This document shows positions 12,553 to 25,569 of a DNA stretch of 64,000 bases, in pieces. Below the pieces are notes generated by a model. That model was not told the DNA's origin. It did no database searches and saw nothing but the letters and a program-made list of their open reading frames with translations. How positions within the stretch are numbered: the first letter of the stretch is position 1; each line of letters opens with the position of its first letter. The translations under genes and the position numbers were made by a program. Source of the DNA: Octopus vulgaris (Eukaryota); the NCBI GenBank assembly GCA_951406725.2, contig OX597823.1:83204001-83268000 (forward strand). Reading direction: 5' to 3'.

Positions 12553-12758
12553 GTTGTTGTTGCTATTGTTCAGGTCACTGCTTGGAATCGAATTCGGAAT
12601 CTTGGGGTTAGTAGCCCGCACTCTTAACCACTACGCCATATTCCCGTAGGCATAGTATTAACGTTGTGTTAACAACAAAACAAGATGAGGACAAATATCC
12701 GTCGAATGTAAATAATGTAAATAATGTACATAATTCCTCATCTCTTAAATGTAGAACT
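12328..12758 (-). mobile_element. tRNA-headed retroposon with (AAT)n linker, hammerhead-bearing tail and an inverted tail duplication
   Basis: Head GGGAATATGGCGTAGTGGTTAAG..TTCGATTCC. Hammerhead at 12390-12435. Inverted copy of the tail at 12660-12733. TSD ACGTGACCATTT (12316-12327) / ACATGACCATTT (12759-12770). Confidence 0.85.
12390..12435 (-). ncRNA. Minimal type I hammerhead ribozyme motif (core mutated to CCGAAGA)
   Basis: GACAC-CCGAAGA-A-GGCTG-loop-CAGCC-GAAAC-GTT-GTGTT, with palindromic AACGTT as stem III. Confidence 0.7.
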
Positions 12759-13009
12759 ACATGACCATTTGTAACGGATTTTCAGGGAGCAGCTCTTGTC
12801 AACTTTCTCTGCACCCCATAAGTGAATCAACAGCCTGTTTTCAAATGTTGGGTAAAATTAGGAAATGTACCAAAAAAGTGTTCTTTCTTCAAAGATACTA
12901 TTTAAATACCGGCCGAATATGTGGGCTTATGATACATACATGATCATCTGTAACAAGTTTTCGGACTGCAGCTTAGTCTCGCCTTTATGATGTCCTCACC
13001 CCCAGAAAG

Positions 13010-13475
13010 TCAACTTAACACAAAAAAGACAGAAAATGCTGTAAGTTGGTTGAACTCTGTGAAAACAAAGGATGGAAGGCAAAATGTCTTCCTGTGCCTA
13101 TGGGTGTTAGAGGGTTTGTTGAAACCAGGGTTCACTCGATGCTCAGGAGTCTTGAACTAGCTGAGAAAGGAAGAAGAGATGTTGTCAGCAACTTATTGGA
13201 AGCTACTGAGGATGCAAATCATTACTTGTGGCTCAAAAGAGAGGATGAGTGGTGCAGCAAGAATGAAAGAATAAGCAGAGATGAAGGTAGAAACATCTGG
13301 CCATGAGTCGCAACATTTGACTCAGCAAAGCTCTTGCTGTTGTGGGGAGTGGAAGTTTTGTGGCTTATATTACTCAATGGTCCCGAACAGGTCTGGTATT
13401 TCTGTCGTATGGGGTCGAAACACCTACAGAGCTACTTCACTGGCTGATGAGTCATCGACTCCTACATTCGGAGAC
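13010..13475 (+). mobile_element. HERO-like (restriction-like endonuclease, R2-group) non-LTR retrotransposon 3' fragment
   Basis: ORF 13046-13306 VELCENKGWKAKCLPVPMGVRGFV...LLEATEDANHYLWLKR resembles the HERO C-terminus (GW...PVEVGCRGF...E.AS.WLW.KR). A 3' UTR follows. Confidence 0.82.
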
Positions 13476-13873
13476 GGAGTACAACAGTGCCCTCAGCACA
13501 CAATTGTTTACCCTAAATGTCCTCAGTTGTCACGAATAATTAAGAAAAGTACAAAAATGTTTTCTCTCTTTAAAATTATAATTCAAAGGCTTACTAAATA
13601 CTTGGGCTTATGATACATGAACAAGAATTGTAAATATATTTCTCCACGTGATCATATTTTACTTTGCAGTTATTCGCCACTTCCCTCACAAAATCTAACC
13701 AGTTAGGGAGCCACTATTTAGTTGCTCAGCTCTTGAATAATTTATCCTTTGACGCATGCACTATTCATGAGAACAAAATGCAGCAGTGGTCATGGCCGGG
13801 AAGCATTTTATGATAAGTCTTCTGAATCAGGCATGACCCGGACATGAACAGTATCAGCTTAGAAATTATTAGA

Positions 13874-14341
13874 AGTTAATAAGAGAACTTCTAAGTGGTC
13901 GTCAACCATGATAGAAATATATATTTGAAGGTGGATCTCTGTCAATTGGCAAGGGTTCAGATATTCAATCAACTGAATTTTCTGCCCATAAATTAACAGA
14001 TAAATGACTGACGATTCCACGGCCGTTTGTACTCTTACCGAAATTCTCATGTAAAAACAGCGTGACGCAGTTTGTAGAAGTTGAATTACAGGAACAATCC
14101 ACTCCATCGGCATTTATGCAGTTAATTAGAGAACTTCTAATCGGTCGCCCACCCTGCTAGAAATATATATTTGGAAGTGGACCGCCGTCAATTGACAATT
14201 AGAGTTCAGTTATTCAATCAACTAAATTATCTGTCCATAAATTAACTGATAAATGTCTGACGCTTCAACGGCCGTGTGTACTCCTACCGAAATTCTCATG
14301 TAGTTACAGGAACAATCCACTCCATCGGCATTTATGCAGTT
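13874..14341 (+). repeat. Direct tandem duplication of about 245 and 220 bp
   Basis: AGAGAACTTCTAA at about 13882 and 14128. Both units end in an identical TTACAGGAACAATCCACTCCATCGGCATTTATGCAGTT. Confidence 0.9.
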
Positions 14342-14443
14342 TCAGTCTACACAATTGTCTTCTTGGAGTAGCAGACTGTCGATCGATCCCTTCTTTAGTT
14401 TGCTGTTCGTGCCAAGTGCTCACGTAATATCTTCACTTTGTAA

Positions 14444-14845
14444 AGGCGGCGAGCTGGCAGAAACGTTAGCACGCCGGGCGAAATGCTTAGCGTTATTTCG
14501 TCTGCAGCTAAGTTCTGAGTTCAAATTCCGCCGAGGTCGACTTTGCCTTTCATCTTTTCGGGTTCGATTAAATAAGTACCAGTTACGCACTGGAGTCGAT
14601 ATAATCGACTTAATCCGTTTGTCTGTCATTGTTTGTCCCCTCTGTGTTTAGCCCCTTGTGAGTAGTAAAGAAATAGGTATTTCGTCTGTCTTTACATTCA
14701 GGGTTCAAATTCCGCCGAGGCCGACTTTGCCTTTCATCTTTCGGGGGTCAATAAATTGAATACCAGTTGCGTACTGGGGTCGATCTAATCGACTGGTCCA
14801 CTCCCCTCAAAAATTTCGGACCTTGTGTCTAGAGTAGAAAAAAAT
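14444..14845 (+). mobile_element. SINE family A, dimeric form
   Basis: Near-consensus head. The second unit starts at GGTATTTCGTCTG. Confidence 0.92.
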
Positions 14846-14855
14846 ATCTTAACTT

Positions 14856-15683
<828 letters not shown>

Positions 15684-15979
15684 CAATACATGTATCGTAT
15701 TCATAGTTTTTCGTTACGTTTCTTTACGAATGTTCGACTTTGACTTTTGACCTTCAGAAATTGATAAAATATGTAACATGAAAATGGCTGACAATGAAAT
15801 GTAATCGACGACTTCAGATAAACAGTTGATATTATTAAAATAATAAATAACATCTGTAATGTATGCGCAAATATAAAACAACCCTATATATACAGAGAGA
15901 GAGAGAGAGAGTGAGAGACAGACAGACAGACAGAGTGAGAGAGAGAGTGCGATTGTTGTTTACCTAATGTACAAAACTA

Positions 15980-16285
15980 AAGTGGTACTCCGTCATTTAC
16001 GACGAGTGTTCCAGCCAGCAAGTCAAGTTAGCGTACAAGTGGTTGAGCACTCCACAGACACGTGTTGCCTTAACGTAGTTCTCAGGGAGACTCAGCGTGA
16101 CACACAATGGGATAAGGCTGGCCCCTTTTGAATCACAGGTACAACTCGTTTTTACCGGCTGAGTAGACCAGAGGTATGTGAAATAAAGTGCTTTGCACAT
16201 TAAAACAACGCGGCGCCGGGCATCGAACTCGTCACCTTTCGATCGTGAACTGAATACCCCTAACCACCAAGCCACAGGACTTCAC
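15980..16285 (-). mobile_element. tRNA-derived SINE family C (variant head)
   Basis: Shares GAGCACTCCACAGACACGTG..AACGTAGTTCTC with the copies at 18593 and 38283. Confidence 0.8.
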
Positions 16286-16321
16286 ATCATAAAATATATA
16301 TAAAAAGATTTATAACATAAG

Positions 16322-16500
16322 CTCAAGCATGAGTGCGTGGTTAAGAAGCTTATTTTGCAACGACGTGGTTTTGAGTTCATTTCCTTGGTAAGAATTTTTT
16401 ACCATAGCCCCGGCCGATTAATACTTTGTGAGTGGATTTGGTAGACGGATATTGTGTGGAATCCCGGTGTCTGTGTATGTATGCTTTTGTATATATTTAT
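16322..16500 (+). mobile_element. SINE family B, degenerate 5' part
   Basis: GTGGTTAAGAAGCT head and GTGAGTGGATTTGGTAGACGG. Confidence 0.7.
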
Positions 16501-17114
16501 ATATGTATGTCTATTCTATTTTTAATTATCATAAATCCTCCACTGATGAGAGAGCCAGTTTCCAATAAAGATACAAGGCTCTATCTTTGGGATGTTGTTA
16601 ACACAGACAAATTCATATTTGGAACTTGAGAAAAGTCTTGCATATTTTTACTGTTCCACTCACAGATTGCATTTGTAATGTACGAATTAGCCAGTCGATG
16701 TCTCTTTCTGAAAATCATAGCTTATCAAGATTCTCCTTTAAGCATTTACTAACAAAACCTAGTGCTCCAATTATTATTGGTATGAATATGAATTCATAGT
16801 CTGGATATAGAAGCTGGAGGTATCGAAGCAATTGTCTAGAGATATCCTATTTGTATGCTTGTATATATGTATGTATGCATGTATGTATGTATGTATGTAT
16901 GTATGTATGTATGTATGTATGTATGTATGAGCATATGTGAACGTGTGTGTGTATACTTGTGTGTCCGTGTCTTTGTGGCCACGCTGCTTGACAACCAGTG
17001 TTGGTTTGTTTACGTTCCCGTAAAATAGATCGTTAGAATAAGTATGAGACAATAAGTAATAGAGCCTTTACAATACATAGGACCGACGCTTTGACTATTC
17101 GTAATATTATTAAT

Positions 17115-17520
17115 ACTTTCTTCTACATCGACCCCAGTGTTCAACTGGTTCTTATTTTATCGATCCCGAAAGGATGAAAGGCAAAGTCGACCTCGGCGGA
17201 ATTTGAACTCAGAACACGAAGACAGACGAAATACCACTAAACGTTTTTTTTCCCCGATGAGCTAACGATTCTGTCAACTCGTCGCCTTCCTTATTCATAA
17301 TATTGACTTCAAATTTTGGCACGAGGCCAGAAATTTTGGGTAAGGGACTAAGTCGGTTACATCGACCCCAATACTCAGCAGGTACTTATTTTATCGACCC
17401 CCGAAAGAATGATGAAAGGCAAAGTACACTTCCATAGAATTTGATCTCTGAACGTAAAAACGGACGAAATACTGAAAATTATTTTGTCCGGATTGCCATC
17501 TATTCTACCAGCTTACCACA
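17115..17520 (-). mobile_element. Two adjacent SINE family A copies
   Basis: GATGAAAGGCAAAGT motif at about 17173 and 17411. Confidence 0.85.
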
Positions 17521-18009
17521 TTCCTTAACCATAATACTCATATTTTAACGTAACCACTTTTATAGTCTTTCTACGTCTCATTCTTACTTCTAATTATTAC
17601 AATACTGACATGTTTCTTTTGAATACATTTATACCTCTATCACAATAACATAATGCTTTTCACTATCATTATACGATTGTGATATTTCTTGTACAGCTGT
17701 GTAGTCATAATCCTTAGTAATCCTGTCCAGGATATAAATGTAAACAAAAAATATGACAATGTAACATAACGAACGATTTATAATTTGCTTCCATTTTTTT
17801 CCCGTCCTTTTGACGTCAATATTCGACAGACGGTGGAAATATATAGTTCCTGATGTTTTTTCATAATAGCGCGCACACAAGCAAGCACATTCATACGTAC
17901 GTACATACATACATACATACATACATACATACATACATACATCCGGACACACACACACACACATATATATATATACATACTTATGTATGCACATATAAAC
18001 TTTTATGTT

Positions 18010-18058
<49 letters not shown>

Positions 18059-18148
18059 GTAATTATATATATATATGTGAATATATATATACACACACCA
18101 ATATTCGTAATTATATATATATATATGCGCATATATATATACACACAC

Positions 18149-18185
<37 letters not shown>

Positions 18186-18354
18186 ATATATATGTGTTTG
18201 TGTCATATATATTATTGGTACTACGACTCCTTTTTTCTTATTTGCTAGACTGGAAATAAATCTATAAAGTTGGTTATTTGGGGAGGAAAGCGAAATATAG
18301 ATAGATAAATTAAAAGGCCAACCACCATCTAGTAAATATATGGTATGAGCTAAC

Positions 18355-18578
18355 AAGGAAACCTCCAAGTGGTCGTTCAGCCTATTAAAGATAGCAGACT
18401 AATGTCCCTCAAATTACACTGTATTGTATTTAAAATAAGGAAAGTAAATTGGATAACGTAGTTCTTTGTACATGCGCATAAGTAAAATATAGTACGGCCA
18501 CGGTTGGAGGGTCGATAATCGTTGCTCATCTAGATCAGGGTTGAATTGTGGGTAAATAGTTACAACAACAACAACAAT
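18355..18578 (+). mobile_element. Old dispersed repeat (family F) ending in (AAC)n, with related decayed copies at about 13700-13860, 21690-21850(-), 32930-33090(-) and 34775-34995
   Basis: Recurring ATAGCAG.CAAAT.TCCC..AAAT.ACA motif and TGGATAA.GTAG. The family is unclassified. Confidence 0.55.
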
Positions 18579-18592
18579 GTATATATATATGA

Positions 18593-18899
18593 CTGGCACT
18601 CCGTCGGTTACGACGACGAGGGCGGCAGTTGATCCGATCAACGGAACAGCCTGCTCATGAAATTAACGTGCAAGTGGCTGAGCACCCCACAGACACAGAC
18701 CCTTTGAAATACAGGTACAACAGAAACAGCAAGATAGAGTGAGAGAAAGTTGTGGTGAAAGAGTACCACACTCTGCCGGAGCCTCGTGGAGCTTTAGGTG
18801 TTTTCGCTCAATAAACACTCACAACACCCGGTCTGGGAATCGAAACCACGATCTTACGACCGCGAGTCCGCTGCCCTAACCACTGGGCTATTTCACCTC

Positions 18900-18900
<1 letters not shown>
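18593..18900 (-). mobile_element. SINE family C (internally deleted)
   Basis: Rev-comp head CCCAGTGGTTAGGGCAGCGGACTCGCGGTCGTAAGATCGTGGTTTCGATTCC and tail GTCGTCGTAACCGACGGAGTGCC. Confidence 0.85.
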
Positions 18901-18976
<76 letters not shown>

Positions 18977-19023
18977 ACAAGTATGTATGTATGTATGTAT
19001 GTATGTATGTATGTATGTATACA

Positions 19024-19222
19024 CGAGGGGATGCTGAAAAGTTTGTGCCTTTAAGGGTAATCGCGAAAAGTTTGGCTGGAGGCCCATGTTACTGAGTTCT
19101 TTTACAGGATTCAGATAAACCGAAGGAGCACTGCAATAGGTGTTTGAATCTGAGCGGGGACTTTGGTGAATAAAGTAATTTCTTTCTCGCCAAACCCAGG
19201 GACTTTTCAGCCCACCCCTACG
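19024..19222 (+). mobile_element. Mariner-derived MITE
   Basis: TIRs CGAGGGGATGCTGAAAAGT / ACTTTTCAGCCCACCCCTACG. The interior retains the transposase C-terminus (..HCNRCLNLSGDFGE*). Same family as 55678. Confidence 0.8.
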
Positions 19223-19247
19223 TGTGTGTATACATATATGTGTGTGA

Positions 19248-19332
<85 letters not shown>

Positions 19333-19348
19333 CATGTATATATATATA

Positions 19349-19394
<46 letters not shown>

Positions 19395-19423
19395 TATATG
19401 TATATGTGTATGTGTATATATAG

Positions 19424-19625
19424 TTAATCAAACATGAACAAAGAGAAAACACAACAACGCGAGGACGTGGCGCAAGTATAGTGTTATTGGACGGTCAGAA
19501 ATGGAAAGAAAGAAGGAGGATTTAACGTTTCGAGCGGAGCTCTTCGTCAGAAACAGAGAAAAAGGAGAGGTCCAAGGAAGGGAAGACGGAGAAAGAAAAT
19601 TGCCAACGATACACACGCGGTCACA
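19424..19625 (-). mobile_element. Penelope-like pseudo-LTR fragment in a (TA)n tract
   Basis: Carries an intact minimal hammerhead and is homologous to 8161-8390. Confidence 0.78.
19520..19554 (-). ncRNA. Minimal type I hammerhead ribozyme, intact core
   Basis: GTTT-CTGACGA-A-GAGC-TCC-GCTC-GAAAC-GTT-AAAT, with palindromic AACGTT as stem III. Confidence 0.8.
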
Positions 19626-19710
19626 TAAATATAGATGGATAGATAGATATAGATATATATGTATATATAAATATATATAAACATATACACATACATATAT
19701 ATGTATATTC

Positions 19711-19759
<49 letters not shown>

Positions 19760-20347
19760 CATAAATGCATATATGTGCATATATATATATGTATATATAT
19801 ATAAATGGCGGTGCCCCAGCATGGCCACAGCTCATAAGCTGAAACTGGAATCAATCAATCATATGTGTGGGGGGGTGTATGTTGTGTGTATAGTGGGAAC
19901 CATACTAAAATTAGACTAAAACAAACTTTTTAAAATATTAAAATTTGAAATCCCAATTTCTGTTTACTGCTTATATCTGCTGATCTCACCAAACCGATAG
20001 TTTTTCCAAAATTAGTTTTATTCTCTTGTGTAAATTGTATTGAAGTAATAGAAACGGTACATTGCCAAACTATATGCATTGAAGTATTTGAATTAATACG
20101 ATCTTTTAATATTTCTAGATTGAAATCTGCAAGGTTCCACTTTTCTTTTTATCTTTGGGAACTCGATAAAATAAACACCAGGTGTGTATAAAGAGTTCAG
20201 TTTAATCGACATGTATCTCTGTGATAGAGGTTTATGCTCCAGTGATATCGTGAGATATTATGATATTCAGTGAATAACAGGCAATCTTATGATGTTTGAC
20301 CGAGATCCAAGAACAAACACATTTCCTTTTAGTAAAGAACGACAAAT

Positions 20348-20573
20348 ACTCTTTTTACTCTTTTACTTGTTTCAGTCATTTGACTGTGGCCATGCTGGAG
20401 CACCGCCTTAGTCGAGCAAATCGACCCCAAGACTCATTCTTTGTAAGCCTGGTACTAATTCTATCAATTCCTTTTGTCGAACCGCTAAGTTACGGGGGAC
20501 GTAAGCACACCAGCATCGTTTGTCAAGCGATGTTGAGGGGGGACAAAGACAGACACAAACTTATACACGAATA

Positions 20574-20633
<60 letters not shown>

Positions 20634-20786
20634 CGACGGGATTCTTCAGTTTCCGTCGACCAAATCCACTCACAAGAGTTTGGTCAGCCCGAGACTATAG
20701 TAGAAGACACTTGCTCAAGGTGCCATGCAGTGGGACTGATTCTGGAATGGTGTGGTTCGTAAGCAAGCTACTTACTACACAGCCAT
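20348..20786 (-). mobile_element. SINE family B, full length
   Basis: (TACTCTTT)n tail, internal (TA)n tract and tRNA-like head. Confidence 0.9.
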
Positions 20787-20979
20787 CTTGAAATGTTCCC
20801 CGTATAAAGGCTCTTTCTCACAGACGAGATACCCGAAAGTAATCGGAAGCGCTTTCTGTGGCACAAGCCCGTTGTAGTTCAGGTTTCCGCCGCTAGAAGC
20901 TACTTGATCCAACAACCCTACCTAGGTAAAAAAAAAGAGACAAATTTACAGAAACATTAATGACAAGTCAAGAAACAAG

Positions 20980-21160
20980 ACCTTGGAGAGGAATGCCTTC
21001 TCTCGGAGAAACATGACATGATGCAGCAAAGTCTGAAAGGAAGATGCAAGAGAGAGCAGGGATCCTACACGGGAGAAACAGAAGCAACATCTCCGAGTCT
21101 AGAATAGTGATTAAACAGTCGTTGATGGCCTATGCTCCAAAGGAAGCGAAAGACGTAAGA
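20980..21160 (+). mobile_element. Possible decayed RTE LINE 3' end
   Basis: Ends in VVDGLCSKGSER (GTTGATGGCCTATGCTCC), resembling RTE C-termini. The rest is degenerate. Confidence 0.45.
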
Positions 21161-22561
21161 CCAATGCTTGCCAAACTGATATCTCGAATCCTAAACATGT
21201 TTCCTACTATTTTCCTCTAAAAGAGGAGGTTGTGTTAGGACGCAGAATATTGCGTTATTACAATGAGAGGATCTTTCATATGGACTCGTAGCGCAACCAC
21301 TTTCAGTGGAATATAAACGTTGCTTTTTTGATATTCATATTGCTTCTGTCGCGATTGATTTATTTCAATAAGCCCACTAGCTGTTTGAGAAACCAATGCC
21401 AGGATAGACACTGGGATTCTATATATCGCTGACAGGAGAATCAGCTGTAGTGTCTAGCGGGATGTCTACCATTGAAGAACCCAAGAGAGGGCGAAATCAC
21501 TTGATCTGGCAAGTCTGGTGGCCGCAGCGGACGGTTATCGCCCGTCAACGGTATAAACACGAGTGCACCAGAAGTCCATATGAGAGGTCCTCTCGTGGTA
21601 AACAGCGCAGTATTTTGTGTTCTAACACAACATCCACTTTTAATGGGAGATAAATATTACCTTTTGATATTAATACTGCTTCTGTCACTGTTAATTGTTT
21701 CTTGGTGTCTAGGTACAGACCAACCCAAATGGAGTAGCTTTATGATCAAAGCATTCCAGTTGACAACCTTGCCCTGCTCTAGAACATTCGGTATTTAAGG
21801 TTTGTATTATCTAATGCGTCACTCTCTTATCCAGAGAGCATAGTGTAATTTAGAGATGTGAATATTTTTATCAATTTAGATAACAACAGAAAGACATCCC
21901 CAGTTAAAGCTAATACTTTATATTGAAACTGACAGGGAAATATGCTAATAAATTCCGGTGTAGAGACACAAATTAACCTGCGTATAAAGCATGCATATAT
22001 TAATGTCACCGTCTAACCCCTTCCACACTGCTTCGGTTTAATGCAACACATTACTTCTCTACATTGCATTATGCAAAGTGAAGAATTTTTAATACGTCAA
22101 AGTTGGCACAATCTTCACACATACATGTAAATATGTATGCATGTATGCGTATAGACATACACAACAATTATACACATGCATCTATACATAACACACGCGT
22201 ACATATAAATGTAGACACTGTGGTATTTAAGATACCAGTATTTGTCTGCTTTTCATTTACATGCCTCAAGATACTCGAATATATTTCTCTGAGCTCATTT
22301 TCGACAAAAATTATGCAAATTATTTTGGCTATAAATGTTTTAGTTTTCCCTCCTTTCGTTGTATATAACTGTGTCTCTTGGCTGTTTGAGACACGGCAGA
22401 ATAATTGGGATTCTGATGACGCGGATTCACGTAGAAACACGTTCGAATGACTATCTTCTTATCTCTAGCCAATAGCATCTTAACTTCCGAGAATTCTCCC
22501 TTCATATATATATATATAGCATGAATAATAGCGGACGATTGATAATCATATACGATATTTG

Positions 22562-22595
<34 letters not shown>

Positions 22596-22601
22596 TATAT
22601 A

Positions 22602-22802
22602 CTCTTTTACTCTTTTACTTGTTTCAGTCATTTGACTGCGACCATGCTGGAGCACCGCCTTAAATCGAGCAACTCGACCCCGGGACTTATTCTTTGTAAG
22701 CCCAGTACTTATTCTATCGGTCTCTTTGGCCGAACCGCTAGGTGACGGGGACGTAAACACACCAGCATCGGTCGTCAAGCAATGCTAGGGGGGAAAACAC
22801 AT

Positions 22803-22833
<31 letters not shown>

Positions 22834-23000
22834 CATATATACCACAGGCTTCTTTCAGTTTCCGTCTACCACTCACAAGGCATTGGTCGGCACGGGGCTA
22901 TAACAGAAGACACTTGCCCAAGATGCCAAGCAGTGGGACTGAACCCGGAAGCATGTGGTTGGTTAGCAAGCTACTTACCACACAGCCACTCCTGCGCCTA
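22602..23000 (-). mobile_element. SINE family B, full length
   Basis: Near-consensus, with head rev-comp GGCGCAGGAGTGGCTGTGTGGTAAGTAGC. Confidence 0.92.
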
Positions 23001-23082
23001 TATATATATATATGTAGCATGAAACCATGCTACAGGAAACGGATTGTAAATGTTTTATTTTTCATTCTCTTTCGAAATTATT

Positions 23083-23146
<64 letters not shown>

Positions 23147-23276
23147 CATGTATACATATATACATATATACATATATATACACATATATATATATATATA
23201 AACATACGTATAAATATATAAACATACATACATATATGTACATATACATATATATATATATATATACATACATATA

Positions 23277-23312
<36 letters not shown>

Positions 23313-23344
23313 TGTATGTATGTATATATGCATACATATGCATA

Positions 23345-23556
23345 TATGTCATAATTTTCAAATCCACTGCGCAAGCGCAGTTTTTTATGGGCACGAAATA
23401 GAGAAAATGCCGATTTTCTTCCAAAATTAGCCAAAAATCATTATTAATATATTTCAGGGTAGTTTTGGCTAATTTTGGAAGAAAATCGGTTTTCTTTTCT
23501 ATTTGCTGCCGATAAAAAACTGCGCTTGCGCGGGGGATTTGAAAAATTATAACATG
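23345..23556. mobile_element. Foldback MITE with about 90-bp arms, TA-flanked
   Basis: Arms 23345-23436 and 23463-23556 are inverted copies separated by a short spacer. Confidence 0.88.
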
Positions 23557-23728
23557 TAAGTATGACGCATGTTCTGTATTGCCTCGTATTTTTATGTTAA
23601 TCTCTGCTTTCCTGATGATGATAGCTGCGCCTAGCAAATTATTATTTTTACTGAAGATAGCTTGAAACCATGCTACAGGAAACGGATTGTAAATGTTTTA
23701 TTTTTCATTCTCTTTCGAAATTACCCCT

Positions 23729-23900
<172 letters not shown>

Positions 23901-23929
23901 GCTTATGAATAAGATAAATGAGAAAAATA

Positions 23930-25569
23930 TTTATAAAAAAAACAGGAAGAGAGGAATAAAGAAATGAAAGAAAAAAGAAAGAAGAAAAACAAAGAGAGTG
24001 ATAGTAAGGGAAAGTGTACCAGATAGTGGTCAGTCAAGACAATTTGCAAGTAGGAATGGGGAGATGAGGATCATAGAGAGAGAAAGGTATTAGAGTGTAA
24101 AAAGATAGAAGGAATGGGGGATGATAGAGAGAGAGGTATAAACAGTAACGGAGTGTCAGTTAAGCAGTGGTAGAGTCTAAGTGATAGGGCAGAGAGAAGG
24201 GTAGTTGTATGGAATGAAGAATTTAGGAATATAGATTAGGTGGTTGGACAGGTCAGTGCTTAGTAGTGGAAAAAATATATATATGAAGATGTATATATTG
24301 GATATGTGTAAATATTTTTATACAGATGGTTATATATATATCAATATCTACATAAACAAATCGTACTCATGTGTATATATACACATGCACACCCATATAT
24401 TCGTATATCAGTATGTATTTTCGCCCCTGTATACGCAGGTATAGATAGCTTGCATACACTCATACTTTCACACATACATACATACACGCATACACACAAA
24501 CATACATATACACGCACATATGCATGCACGCATATACATATGAATATAATTAGATGGTAGTAATATTCGATTATGAGTAAGGAATTAGATAGAGATATTA
24601 GATAGAGATTAAGAGTTAAGATGCAGATTAATAAGGCTATTGGGATTACCTAAGGAGTATTGTGGAAATATACTCTATGGTCGTTTAGGCATTTGGATTT
24701 GCGGTAGAATTTGAATGTGTGAAAAAAGCGGTGGTTGCATGTGCTTAGTGCCTCATTATGTTTATTTAGCAGTGCAGGAGAGTTCTGCTTTAATATGTGA
24801 AGTGCCCTGAGTCCAGTATGGACAATGATAGAGTATAAGATATATTTGTATTTTTGAGATGATGTATGTGGTTGGTGAGTGTTGTAGATTTTCTATGTTT
24901 ATCGTATCTAAAAGAATGGAGGTTAATAGCATATCGTTGCTTAAAATATTTGGTTGATCCTATGTATATGGCTGTAGAGTTGTTTAATAGATTAAGGACA
25001 GTGATTTTGTAAATTACATTATAACTTCTGGGTTTGTAACGGGAAAATGGTTCCAGGACGGCAATTACAATTAGGTGACTGTTGAGGACTGTGTTCAGGA
25101 ATAGAAGAGGTACTATCGTCAGGGGAGAGGTTAGAGAAGGGGGTAGAAGATTCTATGTTATTAATATTATTAACGTTATCATTACCATAATTGCTATTAT
25201 TACTATTGTTGTTATTAATTGTACTATTTGTAAGGGTGGTGGTGTTTCGGGTAGTGTCAGTAGGATGGGTTGGGTTGTAGTGTGGTCTAATGTAAGGGTA
25301 TCTTACAGTAGACCACAGATGTTTGTGTACTGAGTGTTCGGATGACTAGAGTTGTAGTTATGTGAGTTTTGATAGTAAAGAGAAAGTTTTTGCTTATTAG
25401 AGGCTGCTACAATAGATTCGAAGTTGGGTGAGATAGAATAAGATAGTTTCAGAGTGGAGACTCTTTATTCGCATAATCACCCAACCAGGAGCTTAACTAT
25501 GGTCTATCCATATCACTTACTGCGCATTACCTGACACCTTTGGGTCTTACTGACACCATTACCTCTTAT

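Larger units (their letters stand above)
12121..13620 (+). repeat. Old tandem repeat of about 180-200 bp (3 diverged units) split by two retroelement insertions
   Basis: GGCTTATGATACA recurs at about 12302, 12924 and 13605. GCAGCTCTTGTCAAC recurs at about 12157 and 12789. Confidence 0.75.

Noticed and set aside
12566-12646. tRNA gene (ACT anticodon-like loop) and other tRNA-like heads
   Set aside because: The acceptor and T stems do not pair properly and each runs into a repeat body, so they are SINE heads.
14334-14651. Recurring peptide [15 protein letters not shown] / RPRRNLNSE in several ORFs
   Set aside because: It is the translation of the SINE family A sequence, not a protein family.
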